Shown one piece after another: positions 8,681 through 17,459 of a stretch of 64,000 nt of DNA. The stretch lies in assembly GCA_034428395.1 (NCBI GenBank), contig DAOUHX010000424.1, positions 62,679 to 126,678 of the forward strand, given 5' to 3'. The position numbers and the translations under genes are program-made. Under the pieces are notes generated by a model. It was not told the origin of the DNA. It did no database searches and saw only the letters and a program-made list of their open reading frames with translations. How positions within the stretch are numbered: position 1 is the first letter of the stretch; the number at the start of each line of letters is the position of its first letter. The DNA is from Caldilineaceae bacterium. GTDB lineage: Bacteria > Chloroflexota > Anaerolineae > Caldilineales > Caldilineaceae.

Positions 8681-9516
8681 CCCGCAGTTCCTGGCCACTG
8701 ACAACTGCCAACTGGCTACTGCCGTTGTACGGTCGGGCCGTTCCGGCCCTCCCTTGTGCGGGGGGACACCCCCCCGCAACGCCCCCCTGTAGCTATGCCA
8801 CCGTGCGTGCGCTTCTCCAGTTTGTGTGCCAGCGCCCGGGAGATGATGCCACCGTGCCTGCGCGTCTCCAGCCTGCGTGCCAGCGACCGGGAGATGCTGC
8901 CACCGTGCCTGCGCAATTCCAACTTGGCGCCGACCCCCCGCGTACACGACGCCAGCATGCCCGCCCGGCTCCCGCAGTTCGAATCACGACTCACGACTCA
9001 CGACCCACGGCCGTTCCGGCCCTCCCTTGTGCGGGGGGACACCCCCCGCAACGCCCCCCTGTAGCTATGCCACCGTGCGTGCGCGTCTCCAGCCTGTGTG
9101 CCAGCGACCAGGAGATGATTCCACCGTGCCTGCGCGTCTCCAGCCTGCGTGCCAGCGACCGGGAGATGCTGCCACCGTGCCTGCGCAATTCCAACTTGCC
9201 GCCGACCCCCCGCGTACACGACGTCTGCGTGCCCGCCCGGCGCCCACATTTCGACTCACGACCCACGACTCACGACCCACGACTCACGACTCACGGCCGT
9301 TCCGGCCCTCCCTTGTGCAGGGGGACTCCCCCCGCAACGCCCCCTGTAGCTCTGCAACCGTGCGTGCGCGTCCCCACCTCGTCGCCAACCGAGCCCCGGT
9401 TCGACCCAGCTCCCACCTTCCCCACCGGTTCCTCGCCACTGGCAACCGGCAACTGGCAACTATCCACTATCCACTATCCACTATCCTCTGTCCTCTGTCC
9501 ACTGGCCACTGCAGTT
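8681..9516. repeat. Nested tandem repeat array: three head-to-tail units with 51-bp sub-repeats, G-run/C-run hairpins and 7-bp micro-arrays
   Basis: Units start at 8736, 9009 and 9295 (periods 273 and 286 bp). Each opens with GGCCGTTCCGGCCCTCCCTTGTGCGGGGGGACACCCCCCGCAACGCCCCCCTGTAGC. 51-bp sub-repeats start at 8796/8847/8898 and 9068/9119/9170. Heptads (T/C)CACGAC lie at 8984-9011 and 9249-9297. The array is flanked by TGNCNAC heptads at 8692-8719 and 9433-9509. Confidence 0.9.
9433..9509. repeat. 7-bp periodic array (11 units, consensus TNNCNAC)
   Basis: Reads TCGCCAC TGGCAAC CGGCAAC TGGCAAC TATCCAC TATCCAC TATCCAC TATCCTC TGTCCTC TGTCCAC TGGCCAC, then TGCAG. Confidence 0.9.
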
Positions 9517-10005
9517 CTGCGCATCCGGTCCCGCCGTCCCCTGCAAGAGGCTCCGAAACGTGCTATACTGCAAGGTCGAGCCCGAACACAACCAGGCTCT
9601 GGACCCCAACGCGCTGCATGCACACACCTGCCCGCCCACCATGCCCGGACCGCCATTCATGTCGACCTGCTCCGAACCGAACGTCCGTATCCTGCCCCAA
9701 GCGAACTTCGCTCCGGGCATTGCCGGTAACAACTCGAAATGCGCAGACCTGCCGTCCGCCGCGCCGCCCGCACACACTGTAGTGACGCACGCCATGCGGC
9801 ACATGCCGGCGCCGCCGTCATCCGGTTCTGTATCCTGTCACGAAAAGCAGGCAGCTGTCGCTGTATTGCGCAATTCCTGCGCTCAAAACGACATCTTTTG
9901 CGCGTTCTCACGACAAAAACGACAGGAACTGACCGCGGCCGCATCCTGCTACGAGAGTCCATGCCGATATCCTGTCACGAGAAGACCGAAAAATTTTTTA
10001 AAGTT

Positions 10006-10064
10006 AGGCCAAACAGGCCAAAACAGGCAATTCGATACCCTTTCGATTCCCTGTCGATTCCCGA
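10006..10064. repeat. Short tandem direct repeats (iteron-like) next to an A5T6 tract
   Basis: AGGCCAAACAGGCCAAAACAGGCAA (9-10-bp period) is followed by TCGATACCCTT TCGATTCCCTG TCGATTCCCGA (three 11-bp units, 10032-10064). AAAAATTTTTT lies just upstream. Local GC is about 42-45%. Confidence 0.8.
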
Positions 10065-10392
10065 TTTCCGAAAAATTCGCAGCCACTTTACGTCACAATA
10101 CGACGCTCTTGGGCCTATTCCGGAAAGAATCGGCCGTATTCTTGCCCCTATGTGCGGCTTCACCGACAAGGAAACTGACGCCACTACTGACTTCGACCCT
10201 GATTTCAGCGCGCGCAGGCCAGGTGGCCCGCGACGAAGTCCTCAAATCGTCCAAAAGGCCGGAAGCCGCCATCCCGCCGTTCCCGCTGCTACAACACTGC
10301 CCCAAGAAAAGGAAAGCGGGGCAGACAACGAATACGAAACCTGAGCACGGATGGAGTTGGGAACCATTCGCAAGCAGGATTAATTTTGGTAC

Positions 10393-10421
10393 TTTTCAGT
10401 CAACCGATTTTGGTATAGAAT
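10393..10421 (+). promoter_or_regulatory. Candidate sigma70-type promoter for the ATP-grasp operon
   Basis: TTTTCA (10393-10398), 17-nt spacer, TAGAAT (10416-10421). Weak -35, good -10. About 170 nt upstream of the proposed start. Confidence 0.3.
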
Positions 10422-10596
10422 TGCCAACCATGCCCCGCTCGGCAACCGTATGGCGCACCCGTCGTCTCAAGGTAAGTCTTCACGAGCGCGGCGCTGCCAA
10501 GCCGCAATCTTGAATTGCGCAACTGTTCAAATAGGCCATCCTCCCGCCTTGCAGGCAGCAATCCAGAAATCTTCACAAGGATTGGCAGGTATCAGC

Positions 10597-12081
10597 GTGG
10601 CAACGCAAAAGGAAACGGAAATACCCCCCGGTCTGGCTCTGTTCAGTAACTATGCCCTGGACACCGACTACTTCGACGAGATGTTCCAGATGGATGGTAG
10701 GCCGCGCGATTCCTACCGAAAACTACTGCAAAGTATCCTTGAGCTGCAGGCGAACGAGCTGACGCAGCGTCAGCAGGCGGCCGACCTGACCTTCTTGAAC
10801 CGGGGCATTACCTTCACGGTCTACGGCGAAGAATCGACCATCGAGCGGATCTTCCCCTATGACATTCTGCCCCGTATCGTCAGCGCGCAGGAGTGGGACA
10901 CGATAGAGCGCGGCCTCATTCAGCGGATACACGCGATCAATCTTTACCTGCGCGATGTCTACCATGAGGGCCGCATTTTGCAGGAGGGGGTCATCCCGTT
11001 CGATCTGGTGTACAGTTGCCAGAACTACCAGCGGGAAATGCGCGGGCTCCATGTCGCCAACGACGTCTACACCACAATCGTCGGCACCGACCTTGTCCGC
11101 CTTCCCAGCGGAGAATTCGCCGTGCTGGAGGATAACCTGCGCGTTCCCAGCGGCGTCTCCTATATGCTCGCCAACCGCGAGGTGATGACCCAGGTCTTCC
11201 CGGGCATGTTCGGCGGCTACGGAATCCGATCGATCGCCCACTACGGGCAGGCGCTTCTGGAGCGGCTCCAGGCGCTGACGCCCAAAGGGCGCGACGCCAC
11301 CGTCGTGCTGCTGACGCCCGGCATCTTTAACTCCGCCTACTTCGAACACACATTCCTGGCGCGCGTGATGGGGATCGAGCTGGTCGAAGGCGCCGACCTG
11401 CTGATACGCGACGGCTTCGTCTACATGCGCACGACCGGCGGTCTCCAACGCGTTGACGTCATCTACCGCCGCGTCGACGATGAGTACATCGACCCGCTGC
11501 ACTTCCGTACCGACTCGGTCCTCGGCATTCCTGGCCTCTTCAACGCCTATCGCGCCGGCAACGTAACGCTTGCCAACGCCATGGGCACCGGAATCGCCGA
11601 CGACAAGGCGGTCTACGCATTCGTACCCGAGATGATCCGATACTACCTGGGCGAGGACCCAATTCTGCAGAATGTCGAGACCTATCTGTGTTCGCGCGAG
11701 GACGAACGGGCGCACGTTCTCGAAAACCTGGACAAGCTGGTGGTAAAGGCGGTCGGCGAGTCTGGCGGTTATGGCATGCTGATCGGGCCCTTCAGCACCA
11801 AGGACGAAAGGGAGAAGTTCCACCGGCAGATCCAGGCCGACCCCCGCAACTACATCGCACAGCCAACACTCCGCCTTTCACGCGCGCCCTGCTATATCGA
11901 CGGCAACGTCGTCTCCCGCCACGTCGACCTGCGGCCGTTCATTCTGTACGGCGGCTCCCCCGACGATACGGTCATCGTCCCCGGGGGCCTCACGCGCGTC
12001 GCGCTACCCGAAGGGTCGCTTGTTGTCAACTCCTCCCAGGGCGGCGGCAGCAAGGACACCTGGGTGCTGGAGAACAACTGA
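10597..12081 (+). CDS. Circularly permuted ATP-grasp type 2 protein (COG2308 family)
   Basis: The long conserved body ([72 protein letters not shown]..) is typical of this family. Start uncertain: GTG 10597 is my choice; the track ORF begins at 10450. Confidence 0.8.
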   Translation: MATQKETEIPPGLALFSNYALDTDYFDEMFQMDGRPRDSYRKLLQSILELQANELTQRQQAADLTFLNRGITFTVYGEESTIERIFPYDILPRIVSAQEWDTIERGLIQRIHAINLYLRDVYHEGRILQEGVIPFDLVYSCQNYQREMRGLHVANDVYTTIVGTDLVRLPSGEFAVLEDNLRVPSGVSYMLANREVMTQVFPGMFGGYGIRSIAHYGQALLERLQALTPKGRDATVVLLTPGIFNSAYFEHTFLARVMGIELVEGADLLIRDGFVYMRTTGGLQRVDVIYRRVDDEYIDPLHFRTDSVLGIPGLFNAYRAGNVTLANAMGTGIADDKAVYAFVPEMIRYYLGEDPILQNVETYLCSREDERAHVLENLDKLVVKAVGESGGYGMLIGPFSTKDEREKFHRQIQADPRNYIAQPTLRLSRAPCYIDGNVVSRHVDLRPFILYGGSPDDTVIVPGGLTRVALPEGSLVVNSSQGGGSKDTWVLENN

Positions 12082-12106
12082 GTGATAGGAGCGAGAAACT
12101 TAGCTC

Positions 12107-13090
12107 ATGCTTTCACGATCTGCTGACAGTCTGTACTGGCTCGGACGCTACATGGAGCGGGCCGAACACACGGTCCGTCTCTTGAGAGTCCGGCTCAACT
12201 TTATGGTGGGGCAGGCGCGGCCGCGACAGGCCGGGAACGATAAGGGCTGGCAGCAGTTCTTCACTGCCTTGCGCCAGCCCGCGCCGTTGACCGAGAGAGG
12301 GTATGTGGACGGCGAAGCCGCCCTGAAGATGGCCCATGATCTCACCTTCAATGGCGACAATCCGCATTCCATCTCCGGTTGCATCAGCTTGGCCCGCCAG
12401 AACGCCCGCTTCGTGCGCTCCCAACTGAGCAGCCAGGTATGGGAGCACATGAACCGGCTCTATTTGCGGCTGCACTCGTGGCAAGGGCACCACAACTGGC
12501 ACGACGAGCGCGACAACTTCTTTCGCGAGCTCGAAAGCAGCGTCTCTCTCTTCCAAGGTCTCGCCGTCTCTTCGCTCCTGCACGATGAGGGCTGGCACTT
12601 CATCCAGGTCGGCTCGCACCTGGAGCGCGTCCAGGCTGTCTGCAGCCTCATGGACGCCCACTTTAGATACTTCGGCGTCGACGGTGGGAAGAAATTGGCG
12701 ACGGAGGATCCGCTCAGCGGGATCGGCGTCCTGCGGGCATGCAACTCCTTTGAGCCGTACTGCCGCGTCTACGACCCGCGCCCTGAAATCAGCCAAGTGA
12801 CTTCATTCCTGCTTCTGAGCCCCGACCTGCCCAATTCGGTTAGATTCAACGTGACGCAGATCTCGCAGCAGCTTGAACAGTTGGCCGCAGCCACAGAGAC
12901 GCGCCTTGCCGCCGACCTCAACCGGATGGCGGGCAAGCTGCAGGCCCATCTGCAATACAGCCAGCTCGAAGATGTGATCGAAGTGGGGCCGGCTGCCTTT
13001 CTGGGAGAGGTCTTGAGCGCGTGCGACCAGATCCACGAAGCGCTCTACGATACATACATCAACTATCCGGCCGAAGAGGCGTTTGCCTGA
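12107..13090 (+). CDS. Alpha-E domain protein (COG2307 family)
   Basis: 327 aa. The N-terminus MLSRSADSLYWLGRYMERAEHTVRLLRV is the hallmark opening of alpha-E proteins. It follows the ATP-grasp gene after 25 nt. Confidence 0.85.
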   Translation: MLSRSADSLYWLGRYMERAEHTVRLLRVRLNFMVGQARPRQAGNDKGWQQFFTALRQPAPLTERGYVDGEAALKMAHDLTFNGDNPHSISGCISLARQNARFVRSQLSSQVWEHMNRLYLRLHSWQGHHNWHDERDNFFRELESSVSLFQGLAVSSLLHDEGWHFIQVGSHLERVQAVCSLMDAHFRYFGVDGGKKLATEDPLSGIGVLRACNSFEPYCRVYDPRPEISQVTSFLLLSPDLPNSVRFNVTQISQQLEQLAAATETRLAADLNRMAGKLQAHLQYSQLEDVIEVGPAAFLGEVLSACDQIHEALYDTYINYPAEEAFA

Positions 13091-13114
13091 CAGCCCCCAA
13101 GAACTCCTGGAGCG

Positions 13115-14095
13115 ATGAACTACTACACGATTCACCACCACACGCGCTACCGCTATGAAGCTGCGGTCAGCGAGAGCACGATGGAAGTGCGGATGCAGCC
13201 CCGCACCGACCGGCAGCAGCGCTGCCTCAACTTTCAGCTGGCCATCAACCCGCATGCCCAGGTTCTGACCACCGACGACTGCGTGCAAAATGTGATCCAC
13301 TATTTCGACATTCCTAGGAGCCACGCCGAACTGGTCCTGCGCGCGCAAAGCCTTGTTATGGTACAGGAAGGTCCCGCCCTGCCTGACGCATTGGCTGGGT
13401 CGGAATGGGATGCCCTGGAGGAGACAGCGGCCGCAGGGCGGATGTGGGACTGGCTGGCGCCGAGCCACTACGCACGCCCGACGTCCCTCCTCACCGCATT
13501 TTCAGAGGAGATCGGCTTCAGCCGCCAACAGGACCCACTGACCGCCATCCTGCACCTGAATGAAAGCGTTCACGACGCCTTCGAGTATATGCCGAAGAGC
13601 ACCGCGGTCGATTCCCCGATCGACACGGCGTTGGAGAACCGCCGCGGCGTCTGCCAAGACTTTACACACGTGATGACTGCGGTGCTGCGCCAGCAGGGCA
13701 TACCGGCCCGCTACATCAGCGGATACGTGTTTCAGGACCCGGAGAAAAAGAAGGAGCAGGACCTGTCGAGCGCCTCGCATGCCTGGGTTGAGGCCTTTCT
13801 GCCTGCCGTCGGTTGGATTGGGCTGGACCCCACCAACAATTCGCTTGTCGAAGACAAGCATGTCCGCATCGCCATTGGACGCGATTACGCCGACGTCCCA
13901 CCGACCAGGGGCGTCTACAAGGGGAATGTCAAGAGCGAACTGACCGTCGGCGTCCACATCTCCGAGACCGAAGACGAGGAAATCCCGACCGACCTGCTCG
14001 ATAACGGACACTGGACGCCGAGGGAGCAAGTAGAGCAACTGGTCGCCGAGGAGAAGCAGCGCGCCGACCAGCAACAACAGCAACAACAGCAGTAA
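13115..14095 (+). CDS. Transglutaminase-like cysteine-protease-fold protein (Bact_transglu_N + transglutaminase core) with an acidic/poly-Q C-terminal tail
   Basis: YTIHHHTRYRYEAAVSES (N-domain); RRGVCQDFTHVMTAVLRQQGIPARYISGY...SHAWVEAF...GLDPTN gives the Cys-His-Asp core. It ends ...EEKQRADQQQQQQQQ*. Confidence 0.85.
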   Translation: MNYYTIHHHTRYRYEAAVSESTMEVRMQPRTDRQQRCLNFQLAINPHAQVLTTDDCVQNVIHYFDIPRSHAELVLRAQSLVMVQEGPALPDALAGSEWDALEETAAAGRMWDWLAPSHYARPTSLLTAFSEEIGFSRQQDPLTAILHLNESVHDAFEYMPKSTAVDSPIDTALENRRGVCQDFTHVMTAVLRQQGIPARYISGYVFQDPEKKKEQDLSSASHAWVEAFLPAVGWIGLDPTNNSLVEDKHVRIAIGRDYADVPPTRGVYKGNVKSELTVGVHISETEDEEIPTDLLDNGHWTPREQVEQLVAEEKQRADQQQQQQQQ

Positions 14096-14150
14096 AATGG
14101 CCGGCCCCGAGTTCAGACCGGCGGGCTGACACCTTTCGCAAATGCCTCGG

Positions 14151-14471
14151 CTACTGCATTACCGACTTGGCAGTAGGCACGAGGCGCATCACCTTAATCG
14201 TCTCGCGATTGATAAGTTCGGGAATGCGGGGCGCGATCTGGTCCAGCCACTCGTTCGACTCGTAGACAGCCCCGTACAGCGCCTCCCGTTCGGCCTCGTC
14301 AGCGAAACGGCGCATCCACACGTAGCGGTCTTCATCCTGCTCGTCGATGAACGAGCCGGCAATGACCATCCCTTTTGAAACCTGGAACGGAATGATAACG
14401 CTTTCCATGTAGGTCACCCATTCGGCGCGCTTGCCGGGCCGACACTCGTAGATTCGATATTCGTACAGCAT
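14151..14471 (-). CDS. NIPSNAP family protein
   Basis: MLYEYRIYECRPGKRAEW...YVWMRRFADEAEREALYGAVYES is the NIPSNAP pattern. ATG 14471 is preceded by AGGAG at 8 nt. Confidence 0.7.
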   Translation of the reverse strand: MLYEYRIYECRPGKRAEWVTYMESVIIPFQVSKGMVIAGSFIDEQDEDRYVWMRRFADEAEREALYGAVYESNEWLDQIAPRIPELINRETIKVMRLVPTAKSVMQ

Positions 14472-14506
14472 ACGACGCACTCCTGTCTCTCGGCTGATGA
14501 ATTTGT

Positions 14507-15907
14507 TCAGTCGGCCATGGCCGGCTCCGCCTGCGCCTCGGACAGCAGACGCATGGGACGGTCGCCCTCGACTTCGTAGGTGGAAAAAGTCGGCAGGTGC
14601 TCGATGTTGGCCTCAAACATCCGGTTGACCATGTCGCGTATCTCGGCCATCGTCAGCACCGCCGTGGTCAGCGGATCGTGCAGGATCGCCTGGAAGATCT
14701 TGCGCGGGTCCCCCTCGAGAATGCCATCGACAGCCATCTCCTCTATCTGTGCGCTCAACCCGGTCAACATGGCCACCGAGGGCGGGAGCGGGCCAACGCG
14801 GACGCTCTCCAACCCGTTCCTGCTTGCCCAAACGGGGATCTCGACGCAGGCCCCGATCGGCAGATTGTCCACGAGGGGCGTCTCGCCGCTGCCATTGGGC
14901 ACGTTGCCATTGAATTGGAACGGCTCGCCACCCTCAAGCGCATTGATGATGTAGGCAGCGTACTCGTAACCGCGCGTCAGGTCGAGCGGCGCCGGGTTGT
15001 CCAGCCATTCGATGATCTGCTCGCGCCAAGTCTCCTCGCGCCCCGAATAGTGCTTTAGAACATAGGCGTATTCGCCAGGATTCCAGCCCGTGCCGTGCGT
15101 GCAGTACTTCTCGATCAGGTCCGGCCGTTTGCGGAACCAGGGATTGTACTCCGAGTGATGGCCGCTCGACTCCGTCGGATAGTAGTCGAGGTGCAGGTAC
15201 ATCTCGTTGCGGACCTGTTCCTCGTTGTAGACCTCGGGCCTCTCGGTAATGGCCTCGCGGATGAGCGGGTAGGCGTCCTCGCCATTCCAGTTGAACTCGG
15301 TGTACCAGGCCATATGGTTGATACCGGCGCAGGTGAACGTGATCTCATCGGCCGGCGCGCCGATCCAGCGGGCAAGCATATTGGCGGTGCCCTGCACGCT
15401 ATGGCACAGGCCCGTCGCGACGATGTCGGTCTGCGACTGTATAGCGCGGCAGTTGATCACCATCGGATTCGTGTAGTTGAGCATTACCGCGCCGGGGCAG
15501 AGCCGCTCCATGTCACGCGCGATGTCCAGCATGACGGGCGCTGTGCGCATGGCGCGGAAAATACCGGAAGGGCCGCGCGTATCGCCGATATTGGTGTCGA
15601 TGCCGTACTGTTTGGGAATCTCGATGTCGCTGCGCCACACGTCGGTCCGGCCGACCAGAATGGTGACGATCACGTAGTCGGCGCCGTCCAGCGCCTCCTC
15701 GCGACTGAGCGTCGTCTCGACGCCCGCGGGATAGCCGCCCTCCCGTATGATGCGCCTCACCGCCCGCTCGATGTATTCGAGCTTGGCAGGGTCGATGTCC
15801 ATCAGGCAGATTGTGGCGTCCTCAAGTCGAGGGAAGGTCAGGACGTCCTTGACCAGCTTGCGCGTAAAGCCGAAGCTTCCGGCTCCTATGAAAGTTATCT
15901 TTGTCAT
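14507..15907 (-). CDS. Glycoside hydrolase family 4 (alpha-galactosidase/alpha-glucosidase, NAD/Mn-dependent)
   Basis: 466 aa. [21 protein letters not shown] (Rossmann), [14 protein letters not shown] and INHMAW motifs are typical of GH4 (MelA/AglA-like). Confidence 0.85.
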   Translation of the reverse strand: MTKITFIGAGSFGFTRKLVKDVLTFPRLEDATICLMDIDPAKLEYIERAVRRIIREGGYPAGVETTLSREEALDGADYVIVTILVGRTDVWRSDIEIPKQYGIDTNIGDTRGPSGIFRAMRTAPVMLDIARDMERLCPGAVMLNYTNPMVINCRAIQSQTDIVATGLCHSVQGTANMLARWIGAPADEITFTCAGINHMAWYTEFNWNGEDAYPLIREAITERPEVYNEEQVRNEMYLHLDYYPTESSGHHSEYNPWFRKRPDLIEKYCTHGTGWNPGEYAYVLKHYSGREETWREQIIEWLDNPAPLDLTRGYEYAAYIINALEGGEPFQFNGNVPNGSGETPLVDNLPIGACVEIPVWASRNGLESVRVGPLPPSVAMLTGLSAQIEEMAVDGILEGDPRKIFQAILHDPLTTAVLTMAEIRDMVNRMFEANIEHLPTFSTYEVEGDRPMRLLSEAQAEPAMAD

Positions 15908-16075
15908 CTGTTTACCCCGATTGCCAGTTTGTGTGTTCCTCTTTTCGGCCGCGCTGCCGCCGGCAAAAGAGGTGACGGGGCGTCCACGCCGATGGCGTAA
16001 CGCTCCTACATTGAGCTGCCTCGCGTAAGAATTCTAGCACCGCAGCGATGTCTCCCCAATGCGACACGCGGCCGT

Positions 16076-16435
16076 TCAACCCAGGAGACGGCCAAAGAAA
16101 GGTACCGGGGCGCGCCGTGCGCGTAAGACGTTGACGATCCCCGCGACCCAGGCTACCACCACCGCAATGTAGACCGCGACGACAAGGGCAAAGACGTAGG
16201 CCGCGATGACGCCGCCAAACGGTATGAAGGAAACAAGGGCCGAAAAGAGAAACCAGGCGACCGGCGCCAGGACCAGCGCCAGCACGAGCGTCAGCCCCTG
16301 CAGTGCGTGGTAACGTCCGAAGCCGTCCTCCCTGCGGAGCAGGAGAATGTAGGCCGAGCCCAGGACAGGAGTGAGATAGGCGAGCAGGGCAACGTCGATA
16401 TTGATCCTCCCCGGGCTGCCCGCGCTCTCACTCAT
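16076..16435 (-). CDS. DUF4870-like small membrane protein
   Basis: 119 aa from ATG 16435. [31 protein letters not shown] resembles the DUF4870 signature, and there are 3 TM segments. The start overlaps the upstream ATPase stop (ATGA, 16432-16435). The track ORF is over-extended to 16576. Confidence 0.5.
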   Translation of the reverse strand: MSESAGSPGRINIDVALLAYLTPVLGSAYILLLRREDGFGRYHALQGLTLVLALVLAPVAWFLFSALVSFIPFGGVIAAYVFALVVAVYIAVVVAWVAGIVNVLRARRAPVPFFGRLLG

Positions 16436-17448
16436 TCCGTCTCTCCGATTCCCTGCAGTGTCAGTTCGCGCGCGAAGTGGCAGCTGGCGAAGTGGCCCGG
16501 CTCGATTTCCTCCAACTCCGGCTCCTCCTGCTGGCACAGCTCCTGCGCGTATAGGCAGCGAGGATGAAAGACGCATCCGGGCGGCGGGTTGGCGGGACTG
16601 GGAATGTCGCCCTCAAGGATGATGCGATTCAGTTTGATTTCAGGATCGGCAGGGGGAATGGCCGATACGAGAGCCTCAGTGTACGGATGCAGCGGTCGGC
16701 GCAGAAGTCTGTCCGATCCGGCGATTTCGACCAGCCGGCCCACATACATCACCGCGATGCGGTCGCACATGTGCTCGACCACCGACAGGTCATGCGCGAT
16801 GAAAAGGTAGGTCAGGCCCAACTCGTCCTTCAGCCGCTGCAGCAGGTTCAGGACCTGGGCCTGGATCGACACGTCCAGCGCCGAGACCGGCTCGTCCGCG
16901 ATAATCAGCCGCGGGCTCAACGCCAATGTGCGCGCCAAGCCGATGCGCTGCCGCTGCCCGCCCGAAAACTCGTGCGGATAACGGCGCATATAGTTGGGGT
17001 CCAGCCCGACCGAGTGCATCAGCTGCGCAACGCGGTCCTCCAGCGCACGGCCTGACGCCTCTTTGTGGATGATAAGCGGTTCGCCGATCAGGTCCTTCAC
17101 CGTCAGCCGCGGGTTGAGCGAGCTGAACGGGTCCTGGAAGATCATGCGCATCTCTTTGCGCAGCGGCTTCATCTCCGCCTGCTCGATGTTGGCGATGTCG
17201 AAGCGGCGGCCGTCGTCCGCCGTGTACCAGATTTCACCGGCCGTCGGGTCGTAGAGCCTGAGAACACTGCGTCCGACAGTCGTCTTACCCGAGCCGCTCT
17301 CACCCACCAGGCCGAGCGCCTCGTTGCGGCTGATCGCAAAACTGACGCCGTCGACAGCCTTGACGTGCCCGACCACCCGCTGCAAGAACCCTTGGCGGAT
17401 TGGGAACCACTGTTTCAGATCGTTGACTTCGAGCAGAGTGCTATCCAT
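16432..17448 (-). CDS. ABC transporter ATP-binding protein, oligopeptide/dipeptide type (OppF/DppF-like)
   Basis: Start re-set to [15 protein letters not shown] (ATG 17448). Walker A GESGSGKT, signature [13 protein letters not shown], Walker [13 protein letters not shown], and the C-terminal oligopeptide-ATPase extension are present. Confidence 0.85.
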   Translation of the reverse strand: MDSTLLEVNDLKQWFPIRQGFLQRVVGHVKAVDGVSFAISRNEALGLVGESGSGKTTVGRSVLRLYDPTAGEIWYTADDGRRFDIANIEQAEMKPLRKEMRMIFQDPFSSLNPRLTVKDLIGEPLIIHKEASGRALEDRVAQLMHSVGLDPNYMRRYPHEFSGGQRQRIGLARTLALSPRLIIADEPVSALDVSIQAQVLNLLQRLKDELGLTYLFIAHDLSVVEHMCDRIAVMYVGRLVEIAGSDRLLRRPLHPYTEALVSAIPPADPEIKLNRIILEGDIPSPANPPPGCVFHPRCLYAQELCQQEEPELEEIEPGHFASCHFARELTLQGIGETE

Positions 17449-17459
17449 GTCTGTCTGTA

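Noticed and set aside
8681-9516. CRISPR array.
   Set aside because: There is no alternation of a fixed 25-40-bp repeat with unique spacers. The 51-bp units are contiguous and near-identical throughout, and no cas genes are present in the window.
8725-9782. 300-334-aa ORFs running through the tandem repeat array on both strands (for example 8725-9729 +, 8877-9782 +, 8716-8994 -).
   Set aside because: All six frames are open here. The products are Pro/Arg/Ala/Cys low-complexity. The 286-bp unit period is not a multiple of 3, so the reading frame is not maintained between units. No RBS or start context is present.
9961-10347. Possible 128-aa ORF (MPISCHEKTEKFFKV...DNEYET) inside the AT-rich island, considered as a candidate substrate or precursor for the ATP-grasp system.
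   Set aside because: There is no Shine-Dalgarno sequence. Third-position GC is only about 50%, against about 65-75% in neighbouring genes. It spans the tandem direct repeats, and no family resemblance was seen. It cannot be excluded without conservation or Ribo-seq data.
8642-10596. The whole gap as the chromosomal replication origin.
   Set aside because: Supporting features are DnaA-box-like cores, an AT-rich tract and locally divergent transcription. Against this, no dnaA, dnaN or gyrB gene is nearby, the box-like heptads are part of a dispersed repeat also found at 28249-28265, and the downstream genes switch back to the minus strand at 14151. It is kept only as a low-interest hypothesis in the findings.
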